A DNA stretch of 64,000 nt from Alphaproteobacteria bacterium. Lineage in GTDB: Bacteria > Pseudomonadota > Alphaproteobacteria > GCA-016699305. Positions 30,881 to 42,020 of the stretch are shown in pieces. The first letter of the stretch is position 1; each line of letters begins with the position of its first letter. Below the pieces are notes generated by a model. It was not told the origin of the DNA. It worked only from the letters and a program-made list of their open reading frames with translations, and searched no databases. The stretch is from NCBI GenBank assembly GCA_016699305.1, contig CP064970.1, positions 389,647-453,646 of the forward strand, read 5' to 3'. Position numbers and translations under genes: made by a program.

Positions 30881-31203
30881 GCCACCGGGCTGGCGGTCAT
30901 CAAGTTCAGCTTGGTAAACGCCTCGACCTTCCCCAGCAGAGCGGCGTTTTGGCTCATGGCGATGGCAAGGTCGGGCAGTTGTCCATAGCCGCGCATCTGC
31001 GGCAGCAGCAATGTGCGCGGGTTCAGGGCGACGGTGCCGCCATATACCGTGTTCACATTGTCATAGGCAAACCACGCATCCACCACCTTGCCCGTCGCGC
31101 CAGTCGTGCGTGTAAAGCTGGATTCCTTGGTCACCAAGTTTCCGGCAATCGTATAATTGCTCGCAGTGGCGTTCAGGTTAATGCTGGCAATGCCGCTTTC
31201 CAT
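30781..31203 (-). pseudogene. 5'-truncated copy of RTX-gene segment (residues ~426-515) fused to conserved tail
   Basis: MESGIASINLNATASNYTIAGNLVTKESSFTRTTGATGKVVDAWFAYDNVNTVY... near-identical to big protein, then diverges to ...NDDMVNDNTPQAHTNVASCLIVNEFTCRLAA*; in-frame stop directly upstream. Confidence 0.55.
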
Positions 31204-31267
31204 TTTGGTTTCAAATCGCTAGACTGGCGCGCTGTTTCGTCCCTGCATAAGGTTCGCGTCAAGGCCC

Positions 31268-33184
31268 ATGTTCACCTGGTCATCACTGCTGCCTACGCGC
31301 CGCGCCCTGATCATCTCGCATGACACGCTGATGATGATGTTGGCTTTGGTGGCCGCTTTGTATGCTCGCGTGGGCGGCGATGCCTTTGGTCGATATGCCG
31401 ACGCCTTGACCTTGGGCCTGCCCTTACTGGCTTTGTTGTCCGCTTTTGTCTTTTTAGCCTTTGGTCTGCATCGAGGATTATGGCGCTATGTTTCGACCGC
31501 TGAGCTAGTGGTGATCGTCAAGGCCGTGACCGTGGTTGTGGCCGCCTTCTTGGCCGCGATGTTCGCCCTGACGCGGCTTGAGATTCTGCCTCGTTCCGTT
31601 CCTTTCATCCATTGGTTCATGGCCCTGGTCCTGCTGGGCGGTCCGCGTCTTGTGTACCGTATGAGCCGCGACCGACGCCGCGACCGAGACATGGCCCCAG
31701 CCGCCGAGCGCATCTGCGTGCTTTTGGTGGGCGCGGGGGACGAGACGGCGCAGTTTCTGCATGCCCTGGCCACCCGCCCCGGGGCACCCTGGCAAGTGGT
31801 GGGCATCTTGGACGACAAGGGCCGCCGCACCGGTCAAACCATTTTGGGCCAAAAGGTGCTGGGCACATTGGATGAAATGGACGAGGTGATCGCCCGTTTA
31901 CGCGCAAACAATGTGGTGGTGCGTAAATTGGTGCTGACACGTCCCGGCGAGTCCGGAGATAGGATACGCAAACTATTCGATCGCGCGGATCGCCTGGGCC
32001 TGTCGCTGGCCCGTCTGCCGCCGGTCACCGAATTGCGCGAGGCCGAGAATCATCCGGGCCAAGGCCTCACCCTGCCCTCGATCTCGGTCGAAGATTTGCT
32101 GGGCCGCCCGCATGTCAGCTTGGATAGCACGGTTCTGAGCCAGATGATTTCGGGACAAAGGGTGCTGGTAACCGGCGCGGGCGGCACCATCGGGGGTGAA
32201 CTGGTGCGCCAGATCGCCGCCTTGTCCCCTGCCCGGCTGATCTTGGTCGATCATAGCGAGTTTAATCTGTACTCCATCGAGACGGAATTGCGCGCGCAAG
32301 CCCATCTGCCTCTGCCCGCTTCGGCATGGCGCGGAGTGCTGGGCGATGTGCGCGATGGCGATGCGATGATGCGCCTGTTCGAACAAGAGCGGCCCGATCT
32401 GGTCTTTCACGCCGCCGCGCTCAAGCATCTGCCGATCGTCGAATCCTTTCCCTGTCAAGGCGCGTTGACCAATGCCGTGGGAACGCATCATGTGGCGCAG
32501 GCAGCGGCTGCATGCGGCTCTAAGGCGATGGTCCTTATCTCGACCGACAAGGCCGTGAAACCTTCCAGCGTCATGGGGGCGACCAAGCGTTTAGCAGAAA
32601 TGCTCTGCCAGGCCCGCGACGCCCAAAGCGCTCCCGGCAGCACACGCTTTCTCACAGTCCGCTTTGGAAACGTGCTGGGGTCCAGCGGCTCGGTCGTTCC
32701 CCTATTCCAGCGCCAATTGGCCCAGGGGCAACCGCTGACCGTGACGCATCCCGAGATGCGCCGCTATTTCATGACCGTGCGCGAAGCGGTGGAATTGGTC
32801 CTGCACGCATCGGCCTTTGGCTCGGCCCAAGAAAGTGTGCGTGGTACGGTCTTTGTGTTGGATATGGGCGAGCCGGTGCGTATCCTGGATTTAGCACGCC
32901 AGATGATCCGCCTGGCCAATCGGCAGCCCGACGATCCAAACGCCATTATCTTTACCGGAACCCGTCCGGGCGAGAAGCTGAACGAAGAATTGTTCGACCC
33001 TGCCGAATCTCCGCGTAAGGTTGCCGAAGGCCTTATGGCCGCGACCCCGCCCTTGCGTCCCTTGAACGAGATGGAACGCCTGGTATCGCAGATTGAGCTT
33101 GCCGCCCATACGGGCGACGATGAGATGGTACGACATCTGGTTTTCGAGGCGTTAGAAGGCAAACAGGCGCAAGGTGCGACTTAG
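31268..33184 (+). CDS. polysaccharide biosynthesis protein, CapD/WbpM/PglF-like membrane nucleotide-sugar 4,6-dehydratase
   Basis: N-terminal TM helices; Rossmann motif VLVTGAGGTIGGEL; ...FHAAALKHLPIVE...; start codon uncertain. Confidence 0.8.
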   Translation: MFTWSSLLPTRRALIISHDTLMMMLALVAALYARVGGDAFGRYADALTLGLPLLALLSAFVFLAFGLHRGLWRYVSTAELVVIVKAVTVVVAAFLAAMFALTRLEILPRSVPFIHWFMALVLLGGPRLVYRMSRDRRRDRDMAPAAERICVLLVGAGDETAQFLHALATRPGAPWQVVGILDDKGRRTGQTILGQKVLGTLDEMDEVIARLRANNVVVRKLVLTRPGESGDRIRKLFDRADRLGLSLARLPPVTELREAENHPGQGLTLPSISVEDLLGRPHVSLDSTVLSQMISGQRVLVTGAGGTIGGELVRQIAALSPARLILVDHSEFNLYSIETELRAQAHLPLPASAWRGVLGDVRDGDAMMRLFEQERPDLVFHAAALKHLPIVESFPCQGALTNAVGTHHVAQAAAACGSKAMVLISTDKAVKPSSVMGATKRLAEMLCQARDAQSAPGSTRFLTVRFGNVLGSSGSVVPLFQRQLAQGQPLTVTHPEMRRYFMTVREAVELVLHASAFGSAQESVRGTVFVLDMGEPVRILDLARQMIRLANRQPDDPNAIIFTGTRPGEKLNEELFDPAESPRKVAEGLMAATPPLRPLNEMERLVSQIELAAHTGDDEMVRHLVFEALEGKQAQGAT

Positions 33185-33293
33185 GACTAAGATAGATGCC
33201 AAAGAACAGAAACATTGTGCAACAGAATGTGACTGGCACTATTGTGTAGGCAAGCTAAACTGACGCAACGCCCAACCAGATCAACCAGGGATT

Positions 33294-34676
33294 ATGCTCA
33301 TGGCCAACAAACTCTTTGGAACAGACGGCATTCGCGGCACCGCCAACCGTGAGCCGATGACTCCGGCCACCATTTTGCGCGTGGCGATGGCGGCGGCAAT
33401 CCATGTGAGGCGGCAGCAGCCTACCGAAGGCGCGCAACGTCATCCCCTGGTCGTGATTGCCAAAGATACGCGGCTATCGGGCTATATGGTCGAAGGCGCG
33501 CTGGAATCGGGATTCGTGGCCATGGGCATGAATGTGCGCCTGGTCGGCCCGCTGCCGACCCCGGCCCTGGCGATGCTGACTCGTTCGCTAAGGGCGGATA
33601 TGGGTGTGATGATCTCGGCCTCGCACAACCCTTATGAAGACAACGGCATCAAGATATTCGGCGCAGACGGCTATAAATTATCGGACGAAACGGAACGCGC
33701 CATCGAAGCCATGGTCGCCGACTACGACTTCAATCAGGATTTGGCCACCGATGGCCGTATGGGGCAAGCGCAGCGCGTCGACGACGCCAGTGGCCGTTAT
33801 GTGGAATATGTGAAGGCGACCTTCCCGCGCCATTTGCGACTGGACGGATTGCGTGTCGTGTTGGATTGCGCCCATGGCGCCGCCTATCGCGTCGCGCCGC
33901 AGGTGCTGTGGGAACTGGGCGCGGATGTGGTGCCTATGGCCGTGAATCCCGACGGCATGAATATCAATCGGAATTGCGGAGCGACCGCTCCGGCAGCTTT
34001 GTGCGAAGCCGTGGTCACCCATGGCGCGGATATCGGTATCGCTCTGGACGGCGATGCCGACCGCTTGATTCTGGTGGATGAAAAGGGTCGTGTGATCGAC
34101 GGCGACCAGATCATGGCTTTGGTGGCGACGGCCCTGGCCAAAAGCGGCCAATTAAAGGGCGGCGGCGCGGTGGCCACCGTGATGTCAAATTTGGGCTTGG
34201 AACGTCACCTCGAGCAAAACGGCCTGCGCCTGGTGCGCACCCCTGTGGGCGATCGACATGTGATGGAGCGTATGCGCAAAGACGGCTTCAATTTTGGCGG
34301 CGAGCAATCAGGCCATTTGATCTTCACCGACCACGGCACCACGGGTGACGGGTTGATGGCCGCCTTGCAGGTATTGGCCGTGCTGCGCGAGTCGGGAGAG
34401 AAGGCCAGCAAATTGCTGCGTGTTTTCCCGCCCGTGCCGCAGAAACTCAGAAATGTGCGCGTCGCCTCGACCGCCGTTTTGCAAACCGCCTCGGCGCAAG
34501 AAGCCATCCGCCAAGCCGAAGATGCTTTGTGCGCTCAAGGCGGCCGCTTGCTGGTCCGCGCCAGCGGCACCGAACCCCTGATCCGCGTGATGGCGGAAGG
34601 GGACAATGCCGCCCTCGTGGAAGAAACCGTCAGCGCTTTGTGCTTATATCTGGGACAAGGGGCAAAGGCGGCTTAG
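33294..34676 (+). CDS. glmM: phosphoglucosamine mutase
   Basis: FGTDGIRG, active-site [19 protein letters not shown]. Confidence 0.92.
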   Translation: MLMANKLFGTDGIRGTANREPMTPATILRVAMAAAIHVRRQQPTEGAQRHPLVVIAKDTRLSGYMVEGALESGFVAMGMNVRLVGPLPTPALAMLTRSLRADMGVMISASHNPYEDNGIKIFGADGYKLSDETERAIEAMVADYDFNQDLATDGRMGQAQRVDDASGRYVEYVKATFPRHLRLDGLRVVLDCAHGAAYRVAPQVLWELGADVVPMAVNPDGMNINRNCGATAPAALCEAVVTHGADIGIALDGDADRLILVDEKGRVIDGDQIMALVATALAKSGQLKGGGAVATVMSNLGLERHLEQNGLRLVRTPVGDRHVMERMRKDGFNFGGEQSGHLIFTDHGTTGDGLMAALQVLAVLRESGEKASKLLRVFPPVPQKLRNVRVASTAVLQTASAQEAIRQAEDALCAQGGRLLVRASGTEPLIRVMAEGDNAALVEETVSALCLYLGQGAKAA

Positions 34677-34966
34677 GAAAAGCCATCTTTCCGTGGATTG
34701 TAGAAGATGACGGGGAAGCCGTGTAATCCGCTTGAACTCGCCGCGCCGGATTAGGCAATGGGCAAGCGCAGATGTGCGAACGGTCAAGGCACTGAGCACA
34801 CTGAATAACCCTTCCCGCTCGAGCAAGCTGGGAATCTTCTTGGATACATGACGGGCATGCATTTTTGACAGATATCAGCGCTTTTATTCACTCGCTTTTG
34901 GCGAAGAAATGTGCGAAAGATCATGGACAATCAAGAGGAAGCAAGAAGGAAGAAGAGGTAACAAGA

Positions 34967-37069
34967 ATGTTCAACATCCATCAAAAAGAAATCGAATGGG
35001 GCGGCCGCAAGCTGACCTTACGCACCGGACACATGGCGCGCCAGGCGGCCGGTGCCGTGGAAGTGCAATATGGCGACACCTTTGTGCTGTGCACGGTGGT
35101 GGCGGCCAAGACTCCGCGCCCGGATATCGATTTCTTTCCCCTGACCGTGAATTACCAGGAAAAGGCTTTCGCCGGCGGCAAGATCCCCGGCGGCTTTTTC
35201 AAGCGTGAAGGTCGCCCCAGCGAAAAGGAAGTGCTGACCAGCCGCTTGATCGACCGTCCCATCCGCCCCCTATTCGCCGATGGCTTCCGCAACGAGACCC
35301 AGGTGATCGCCACCGTGCTGTCTCACGATATGGAGAACGATCCCGACATCGTGGCCATGATCGGCTGTTCGGCGGCCTTGACGCTGTCGGGCATTCCCTT
35401 TATGGGGCCGATCGCCGCTTGCCGCGTGGGGCATGTCGATGGCGCATTTGTGCTGAATCCCACTTTGGCGCAGATCCCGCAATCCAAACTGGATTTGATC
35501 GTCGCCGGAACCACCGAAGGCGTGTTGATGGTGGAGTCCGAGGCGCACGAGCTGACCGAAGAAATGATGCTCGAAGCCGTGACCTTCGGTCATACTTCGT
35601 TCCAGCCGGTGATCGAGGCGATCATCAGCCTGGCCGAAAAGGCAGCGCGCGATCCGTGGCCGTTGCCCGAGGAATCTGCCGGCCACAAGGCCCTGATGAC
35701 CAAGCTGGAAGAGACCATCGGCGCGGACCTGCGCGCCGCCTATGCCGTCACCGTCAAGCAAGAGCGTCAGTCTCTGTTGTCGGCGGCCAAGACCAAGGCC
35801 AAAGGCGCGTTGCTGAGTGCGGAAGTTTCGGACGTTCAGCTGAGCGGCGCGATCCACGACTTGGAAGCCAAGCTCGTGCGCAACGCGATTTTGGATACGG
35901 GCAAGCGCATCGACGGACGCGATACGCGCACCGTGCGTCCTATCCTGTCGGAAGTGGGCGTATTGCCCCGGGCGCATGGTTCGGCGCTGTTCACGCGCGG
36001 CGAAACCCAGGCCCTGGTGGTCACCACCTTGGGCACAGGCGATGACGAGCAGATCATCGACGCGCTGGAAGGCGAGTTCCGCGAACGCTTCTTGCTGCAC
36101 TACAACTTCCCTCCCTATTCGGTGAACGAAGTGGGCCGTATGGGGTCGCCCGGTCGGCGTGAAATCGGTCATGGAAAATTGGCTTGGCGCGCGATGCGTC
36201 CCTTGCTGCCCACGGCTGAGGAGTTCCCCTATACCATCCGCGTGGTTTCTGAGATCACCGAGTCGAACGGCTCGTCCTCGATGGCCACGGTGTGCGGCAC
36301 GTCGCTTTCGTTGATGGATGCGGGCGTTCCCTTGCCGCGTCCTGTGGCGGGCATCGCCATGGGCTTGATCAAGGAAGGCGACCGCCATGCGGTGCTGACC
36401 GACATCTTGGGCGACGAAGATCATCTGGGCGACATGGACTTTAAGGTGGCCGGCACCGATAAGGGCGTGACCTCGCTGCAGATGGATTTGAAGATCACCT
36501 CCATCACGCCCAAGATCATGCATGAGGCTCTGGTGCAGGCGCGCGAAGGCCGGTTGCATATCCTGGGCGAGATGGCCAAGGCGTTGGTCGGCGCGCGTGA
36601 CGGTGTGAACGAAAACGCCCCGCGCATCACCGTCATCACGATCCCCAAAGATAAGATCCGCGAAGTCATCGGCACGGGCGGCAAGGTCATCCGCGAAATC
36701 ACGGAAAAGACAGGCTGCAAGATCGATATCGAGGATGACGGCACCATCAAGGTCGCCGCCGTGGATCAGTCCAAGGCCGATGCGGCGATCAGCTGGATCA
36801 AAGGCATCGTGGCCGAGCCTGAGATCGGCGTGGTCTATACCGGCAAGGTCGTCAAAATCATGGAGTTTGGCGCGTTCGTGAACTTCCTGGGCAGCCGCGA
36901 TGGTCTGGTCCATATTTCCGAGCTTGCCGCCGGGCGTGTGGCCAAGGTCGGCGACGTGGTCAATGTCGGGGACGAGGTCAAGGTCAAGGTGCTGGGCACG
37001 GATGATCGCGGCAAAGTCCGCCTGTCCATGAAGGCCGTTGGCCAGCCGGATGCGCCCATCTCCGATTAA
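34967..37069 (+). CDS. pnp: polynucleotide phosphorylase
   Basis: [21 protein letters not shown]... two RNase PH domains, KH and S1 domains; start set at internal Met with GAGGT RBS. Confidence 0.95.
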   Translation: MFNIHQKEIEWGGRKLTLRTGHMARQAAGAVEVQYGDTFVLCTVVAAKTPRPDIDFFPLTVNYQEKAFAGGKIPGGFFKREGRPSEKEVLTSRLIDRPIRPLFADGFRNETQVIATVLSHDMENDPDIVAMIGCSAALTLSGIPFMGPIAACRVGHVDGAFVLNPTLAQIPQSKLDLIVAGTTEGVLMVESEAHELTEEMMLEAVTFGHTSFQPVIEAIISLAEKAARDPWPLPEESAGHKALMTKLEETIGADLRAAYAVTVKQERQSLLSAAKTKAKGALLSAEVSDVQLSGAIHDLEAKLVRNAILDTGKRIDGRDTRTVRPILSEVGVLPRAHGSALFTRGETQALVVTTLGTGDDEQIIDALEGEFRERFLLHYNFPPYSVNEVGRMGSPGRREIGHGKLAWRAMRPLLPTAEEFPYTIRVVSEITESNGSSSMATVCGTSLSLMDAGVPLPRPVAGIAMGLIKEGDRHAVLTDILGDEDHLGDMDFKVAGTDKGVTSLQMDLKITSITPKIMHEALVQAREGRLHILGEMAKALVGARDGVNENAPRITVITIPKDKIREVIGTGGKVIREITEKTGCKIDIEDDGTIKVAAVDQSKADAAISWIKGIVAEPEIGVVYTGKVVKIMEFGAFVNFLGSRDGLVHISELAAGRVAKVGDVVNVGDEVKVKVLGTDDRGKVRLSMKAVGQPDAPISD

Positions 37070-37098
37070 GACCGGATTGAGTGTTTCCATATAAAGAA

Positions 37099-37128
37099 GC
37101 GGAGAGCCAATCGGCCCTCCGCTTTTTT
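37099..37128 (+). terminator. rho-independent terminator after pnp
   Basis: GCGGAGAGCCAATCGGCCCTCCGC hairpin followed by TTTTTT. Confidence 0.7.
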
Positions 37129-37757
37129 GTGACGAAATCATATCTGTTTCGTAAAATAGACTGTCGTGATCTTTATAGGGAGTCGCCGATATGAGCACAT
37201 ACCAACAATATGCCGATGGCGAAGAAAGGAGAGTATTAACTAAAGATAGATTGCTCCAAAAACTCAGCAAGGAATTAATGGCTCAAAGCGAACAAAACAA
37301 GCTCATATCTATCTCAAATTAACACTCTCCCATGCGCAGCGTTTATGCGCTTCGGCGATGGGTATTTTGACTTATGGCAATACGGAACATGCACCGCCGT
37401 TTGAGAAAGTGAAAGAGTCGCTATCAAGTTTGGGGCGCTCTTACGCGCCATCGTCATCTTCCACGCGGCCCAGTGGCATAAAACAAATGGTCAAAGGCTA
37501 TTGGAATCGTCTGTCGCCCACGAATGGGCAATAACGCTTTGAATGACGCGCGAAGAGCAGCTCATAAGGATGAAGAACATCGAGATTTAAAAAAATCCAG
37601 CATCGCCGCTGTTCCTTAAAAAACCATCCAAAGCACTTCGATATTCAAGCCTGGCTACGCACATAGCAACCCTACCTCTGTTGCTTTGGGACAATCCTTG
37701 ATATGGTACGCGCTGGATTCTACCATCAGAATCAGCCATGAACTTGTGAGTTGGACC

Positions 37758-39302
37758 ATGCTAGAATTGAAACGTCCTTGCCCCGTCGTGCTGTGCATCC
37801 TGGATGGCTGGGGCCATCGTGCGGAAACCATCAATAACGCCGTGGCCCAGGCGGCCACCCCGATTTTTGACCGCCTATGGAAAACATGCCCCCACAGCCT
37901 GCTGGACGCCAGTGAACGCCATGTGGGCCTACCCGAAGGACAAATCGGCAATTCCGAGGTCGGCCATATGAATATCGGCGCAGGCCGCGTGGTCTATCAG
38001 GACTTGCCGATGATCGACCTGGCTATCGCGGCCAATGAACTAAGCTCTAAACCCGCCCTGATCGATATGATCACCGCGCTTAAAGCCAGCGGAGGGACAT
38101 GTCATATCATGGGCCTGGCCTCGCCCGGCGGCGTCCATGCCCATCAGGACCATATGGTGGCCCTGGCCCGGGTCATGTCAAATGCCGGCATTCCCGTGGC
38201 GGTCCATGCCTTTTTGGATGGTCGTGACGTGCCACCGCGCAGCGCGCGCACACAGATCGCGCGTTTCGCAAAAGACCTAGCCCCCCTGCCGGGCGTGCAT
38301 CTATCCACATTATGTGGCCGCTATTACGCCATGGACCGCGACAATCGCTGGGACCGTGTGACACGCGCCTATGACATGCTGGTTGATGCGAAGGGCCAGG
38401 CGGCACCAGACGCCTTGTCGGCAATCGATGCCAGTTACGCCACCGACAAAGGCGATGAATTCGTCGAGCCTGTCGTGCTGCCTGGTTATGTCGGCATGAA
38501 AGACGGCGACGGCCTGATCATGGCCAATTTCCGTTCGGATCGCGCGCGTCAAATGCTATCCGCTTTGCTGGATCCCGCTTTTGCGGATTTCCCGCGCGGA
38601 CGCGTGGTGCGCTTTGCCGCGGTTGCGGGGATGGTCAGTTATTCGAAGGCCCATGACAAATTGCTACCGGCCCTGTTCCCCCCCAAGCAGATTGAAGACA
38701 GCCTGGGCGAGGTGGTCTCCAAAGCGGGCTTGCGTCAATTGCGCTTGGCCGAGACCGAGAAATACGCGCATGTCACGTTCTTCTTCAATGGCGGACAGGA
38801 AAAAGTTTATGAGGGCGAGGAACGTATCTTGATTCCCTCGCCCAAGGTCGCAACCTATGACCTGCAGCCCGAGATGTCGGCCCAGACCGTGGCCGATGAG
38901 GCCGTCAGAAGCATCGAATCCGGCACCTTCGATTTGATCGTCATCAACTTCGCCAATCCCGATATGGTCGGCCATACGGGAATGCTGATGGCGGCGCAAA
39001 AAGCCGTGGAGGCTATTGACCATTGTGTGGGACGCATTGAGCAAGCCCTGCATCAAAAAGACGGGGCCATGTTCATCACCGCCGATCACGGCAATTGCGA
39101 GACCATGATTGACCCTGAAACCGGTCAGCCGCATACGGCTCATACACTCAACCGCGTACCCGCGATCTTGGTCGGCGCGCCTTCGCGCGTTGTAGGGCTA
39201 AAAGACGGCAAGCTGGCGGATATAGCCCCTACCTTGCTGAAACTGATGGGCATGAACCCGCCCCCAGCGATGACCGGAACCAATTTGCTGGTCGAGGGAT
39301 AA
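37758..39302 (+). CDS. gpmI: 2,3-bisphosphoglycerate-independent phosphoglycerate mutase
   Basis: PVVLCILDGWG, NSEVGHMNIGAGR, ITADHGN; start set at MLELKRP. Confidence 0.9.
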   Translation: MLELKRPCPVVLCILDGWGHRAETINNAVAQAATPIFDRLWKTCPHSLLDASERHVGLPEGQIGNSEVGHMNIGAGRVVYQDLPMIDLAIAANELSSKPALIDMITALKASGGTCHIMGLASPGGVHAHQDHMVALARVMSNAGIPVAVHAFLDGRDVPPRSARTQIARFAKDLAPLPGVHLSTLCGRYYAMDRDNRWDRVTRAYDMLVDAKGQAAPDALSAIDASYATDKGDEFVEPVVLPGYVGMKDGDGLIMANFRSDRARQMLSALLDPAFADFPRGRVVRFAAVAGMVSYSKAHDKLLPALFPPKQIEDSLGEVVSKAGLRQLRLAETEKYAHVTFFFNGGQEKVYEGEERILIPSPKVATYDLQPEMSAQTVADEAVRSIESGTFDLIVINFANPDMVGHTGMLMAAQKAVEAIDHCVGRIEQALHQKDGAMFITADHGNCETMIDPETGQPHTAHTLNRVPAILVGAPSRVVGLKDGKLADIAPTLLKLMGMNPPPAMTGTNLLVEG

Positions 39303-39304
39303 GC

Positions 39305-40474
39305 ATGGGCCGGGCAGCCCAGGCGCGAATCATCTGCTTGGGCCTGGCTCTGCTGCTGGGACCTACAGGGGGATTGACGGCATCGGCGCAACCCGCGCCC
39401 CATGCGGCCAATCCGCCACCTGCCGAGCGCATGTCGCAAGTCGAACGCGACCTTGAAAACAGCCGCCGCACCCTAGAGACGGTTTCCAAACAACAGGAAG
39501 ACGCCGAAAAAGAACTAAGTGGCTTGCGTGAACGCCTGGTCGAGGCCGCACGGCACGAACGCACACAGCAAGAGCGAGTCTCGGCCATTGAGGACTCTCT
39601 GGCCACCCTCAATCAACGCGAACAGGTCAGCCGTTCCGCCCTGGCGGCGCGTGAGCGTGACATGGCGACCTTGATCCAAGCCATGTTGCGTCTGGCGCGA
39701 TCCCCGCCGCTGAGCCATTTGCTGCAGCCCGATGGACGGATGTTGGACCGCATTCGCACCGTGCATTTGTTACAGTCTCCCATGCCGTTGCTGCATGCAC
39801 GTCAATTGGCTTTGATGCAGGATCTGCGTTCCCTGGCGCGTCTGCGCCGTCAGCTGGACCGTAAGCGCAGCGAGGCCGAGGGTGCGCGCGCCGAACTCAA
39901 AAGCCGCCGCGAGGATATCGAAGGCCTGATTCGCCAGCGCGATACGCTGCTGGGACGCACCCACGAAGTCCGCGCCGCTCAAGAGAGCCTGACGGCTCAA
40001 CTGACTAAGGAAGCCCAAGATCTACGCCAACTGATGGAAAAGGTTTCCGCGCACGGCTTGGCCCCGCGCCTAAAGCCGGACAACGATTCGGCCAGTCTGC
40101 GCTCAGGCCTTATTCTGCCAGTCGCATCGCCCATTCATGTGCGTTTTGGCCAAGATGATCGTTGGGGCGACAAAAGTCGTGGCCTGACTTTCAAGGCAGA
40201 ACCGGGAAGCCGCGTGGTCGCGCCTTTGGCCGGTACTGTGGCTTATTCGGGGCCTTTTCGTGGCTACGGGCAAATCTTGATCCTGCGCCATGAGGGCGGC
40301 TACCATAGTCTGCTGGCGGGGATGGGACGAATCGACGTGACACCCGGCACAAAGGTGGATGCCGGAGAGCCAGTAGGGGTGACGCCGTCCGACGGCGCCG
40401 TGGATGGGCTTTATTTCGAACTGCGGCTGCACGGCGATCCCGTGGACCCGCATCACAAAGGTGGAAAGACATGA
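39305..40474 (+). CDS. murein hydrolase activator EnvC-like (coiled-coil plus M23/LytM domain)
   Basis: Signal peptide, long coiled coil, C-terminal LytM-like domain (GLTFKAEPGSRVVAPLAGTVAYSG...GQILILRHEGGYHSLLAG). Confidence 0.8.
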   Translation: MGRAAQARIICLGLALLLGPTGGLTASAQPAPHAANPPPAERMSQVERDLENSRRTLETVSKQQEDAEKELSGLRERLVEAARHERTQQERVSAIEDSLATLNQREQVSRSALAARERDMATLIQAMLRLARSPPLSHLLQPDGRMLDRIRTVHLLQSPMPLLHARQLALMQDLRSLARLRRQLDRKRSEAEGARAELKSRREDIEGLIRQRDTLLGRTHEVRAAQESLTAQLTKEAQDLRQLMEKVSAHGLAPRLKPDNDSASLRSGLILPVASPIHVRFGQDDRWGDKSRGLTFKAEPGSRVVAPLAGTVAYSGPFRGYGQILILRHEGGYHSLLAGMGRIDVTPGTKVDAGEPVGVTPSDGAVDGLYFELRLHGDPVDPHHKGGKT

Positions 40475-42012
40475 AGCGTTTGGGAACGAAGCGTCAAAGA
40501 TCATGGACCCTGGCGCTGGCCTTGACCGCCGCTATTGGGTTGGCGGCAGTACCGCCCTTGGCACATCATGTTCTGGCCGCCGATGCCGCGCAAGAGGGCG
40601 AGGCCACGTTTCGCAATCTCAGCCTATTGGCCGATGCCTTTGAACGGGTGCAGGCGGATTACGTGGACGAGATCGGCGAAGAGAAGCTGACGGAATACGC
40701 GCTTAACGGCATGCTGTCTTCCCTGGATCCGCATTCCGCCTATATGAACGCCAAGGCGTTCAAGGATATCCAGACCGTCACGCGCGGCGAGTTTGGTGGA
40801 CTTGGGATAGAAGTGACGATGGAAAACAGCATCGTCAAAGTCATCTCGCCTTTGGACGAAACTCCCGCTGCCAAGGCCGGACTGCAATCGGGCGACCTTA
40901 TCACGCATATCGATGGCAAATTGGTAACGGAGCTGACGTTGTCGGAAGCGGTGGATCGCATGCGCGGACCACCCGGCACCAACATCAAACTGACCGTGCG
41001 CCGTGGCGGCCTCAGCGGCGAACCGTTCGACGTCACATTGACGCGCGCCATCATCAAGGTGCAGTCGGTGCGTTTCCGCGCCGAGGACAATGTGGGTTAT
41101 GTCCGCATCACAACATTCAACGAACAGACCCAGCCCGGTTTGGAAAAAGCCTTAAACGAACTGGAGACTAGCATCGGCAGCGACAAGCTGGTGGGCTATG
41201 TGATCGACCTGCGCAATAATCCGGGCGGATTGTTGGATCAGGCCATCTCGGTCAGCTCGACCTTCCTGCAGCCTGGGCAAGAGGTCGTCTCCACGCGGTC
41301 ACGGCACAAAAAGGACAATCAAAGCGCCACCGCCTCCGGCGGCGACCGCACCAAAGGGCGGCCTATTGTCGTTCTGATCAATGGCGGTTCGGCCTCGGCC
41401 TCAGAGATCGTCGCGGGTGCCCTGAAAGACCATCACCGCGCCATCGTGTTGGGCACGCGCTCGTTCGGGAAGGGATCGGTTCAGACCATCATTCCCTTGC
41501 CCAATAGTGGCGGTGCGATGCGTTTAACGACCGCGCGCTATTACACGCCCAGCGGTCATTCCATCCAGGCTCTTGGTATCGATCCTGACATCGTGGTGCA
41601 ACCGGCCAAGCTTGAGCAAATCGCGCAATCGGGGCCAGGCATCAGCGAAGCCGATTTGCGCGGTGCGCTGACCAATGACGACAAGGACGCCGTGGAAGCC
41701 GCCCGCAAGCGCCGCGAACTCGAAGAGGCCGAGGCCAAAAAGAATCCCGATAAGAAGTCCGAGACTTCCCCATCCGCAAAGCCGTCAAGCGGCAAAGGCG
41801 ACTCATCCGCCAATGACAAAGCGGATAAGGACAAGAAGGACGCCAGCAAGGAAGACTATCAGTTACAGCGCGCTTTGGACTTACTGCGTGGAGTGCGTTT
41901 ATTCAGCAGGCCAGAACAGCCCGCGACCAGCGCCAAATCTGCCGAAGCCGCCGAGAGTACTGATGACACAAAGAAACCCGCCGAAGGCGGTACCAAGAAG
42001 CCCAAGATTTAG
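40471..42012 (+). CDS. ctpA: carboxyl-terminal processing protease (S41 family)
   Basis: PDZ domain, S41 catalytic region (DLRNNPGGLLDQAISVSS..., GSASASEIVAGAL); Lys/Asp-rich C-terminal tail. Confidence 0.9.
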   Translation: MKRLGTKRQRSWTLALALTAAIGLAAVPPLAHHVLAADAAQEGEATFRNLSLLADAFERVQADYVDEIGEEKLTEYALNGMLSSLDPHSAYMNAKAFKDIQTVTRGEFGGLGIEVTMENSIVKVISPLDETPAAKAGLQSGDLITHIDGKLVTELTLSEAVDRMRGPPGTNIKLTVRRGGLSGEPFDVTLTRAIIKVQSVRFRAEDNVGYVRITTFNEQTQPGLEKALNELETSIGSDKLVGYVIDLRNNPGGLLDQAISVSSTFLQPGQEVVSTRSRHKKDNQSATASGGDRTKGRPIVVLINGGSASASEIVAGALKDHHRAIVLGTRSFGKGSVQTIIPLPNSGGAMRLTTARYYTPSGHSIQALGIDPDIVVQPAKLEQIAQSGPGISEADLRGALTNDDKDAVEAARKRRELEEAEAKKNPDKKSETSPSAKPSSGKGDSSANDKADKDKKDASKEDYQLQRALDLLRGVRLFSRPEQPATSAKSAEAAESTDDTKKPAEGGTKKPKI

Positions 42013-42020
42013 GCACATCT

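Noticed and set aside
35270-37270. 666-aa ORF on the minus strand
   Set aside because: Entirely antisense to pnp, whose translation is unmistakable; long antisense ORFs are expected in GC-rich DNA and its translation is low-complexity Arg/Ala/Gly-rich
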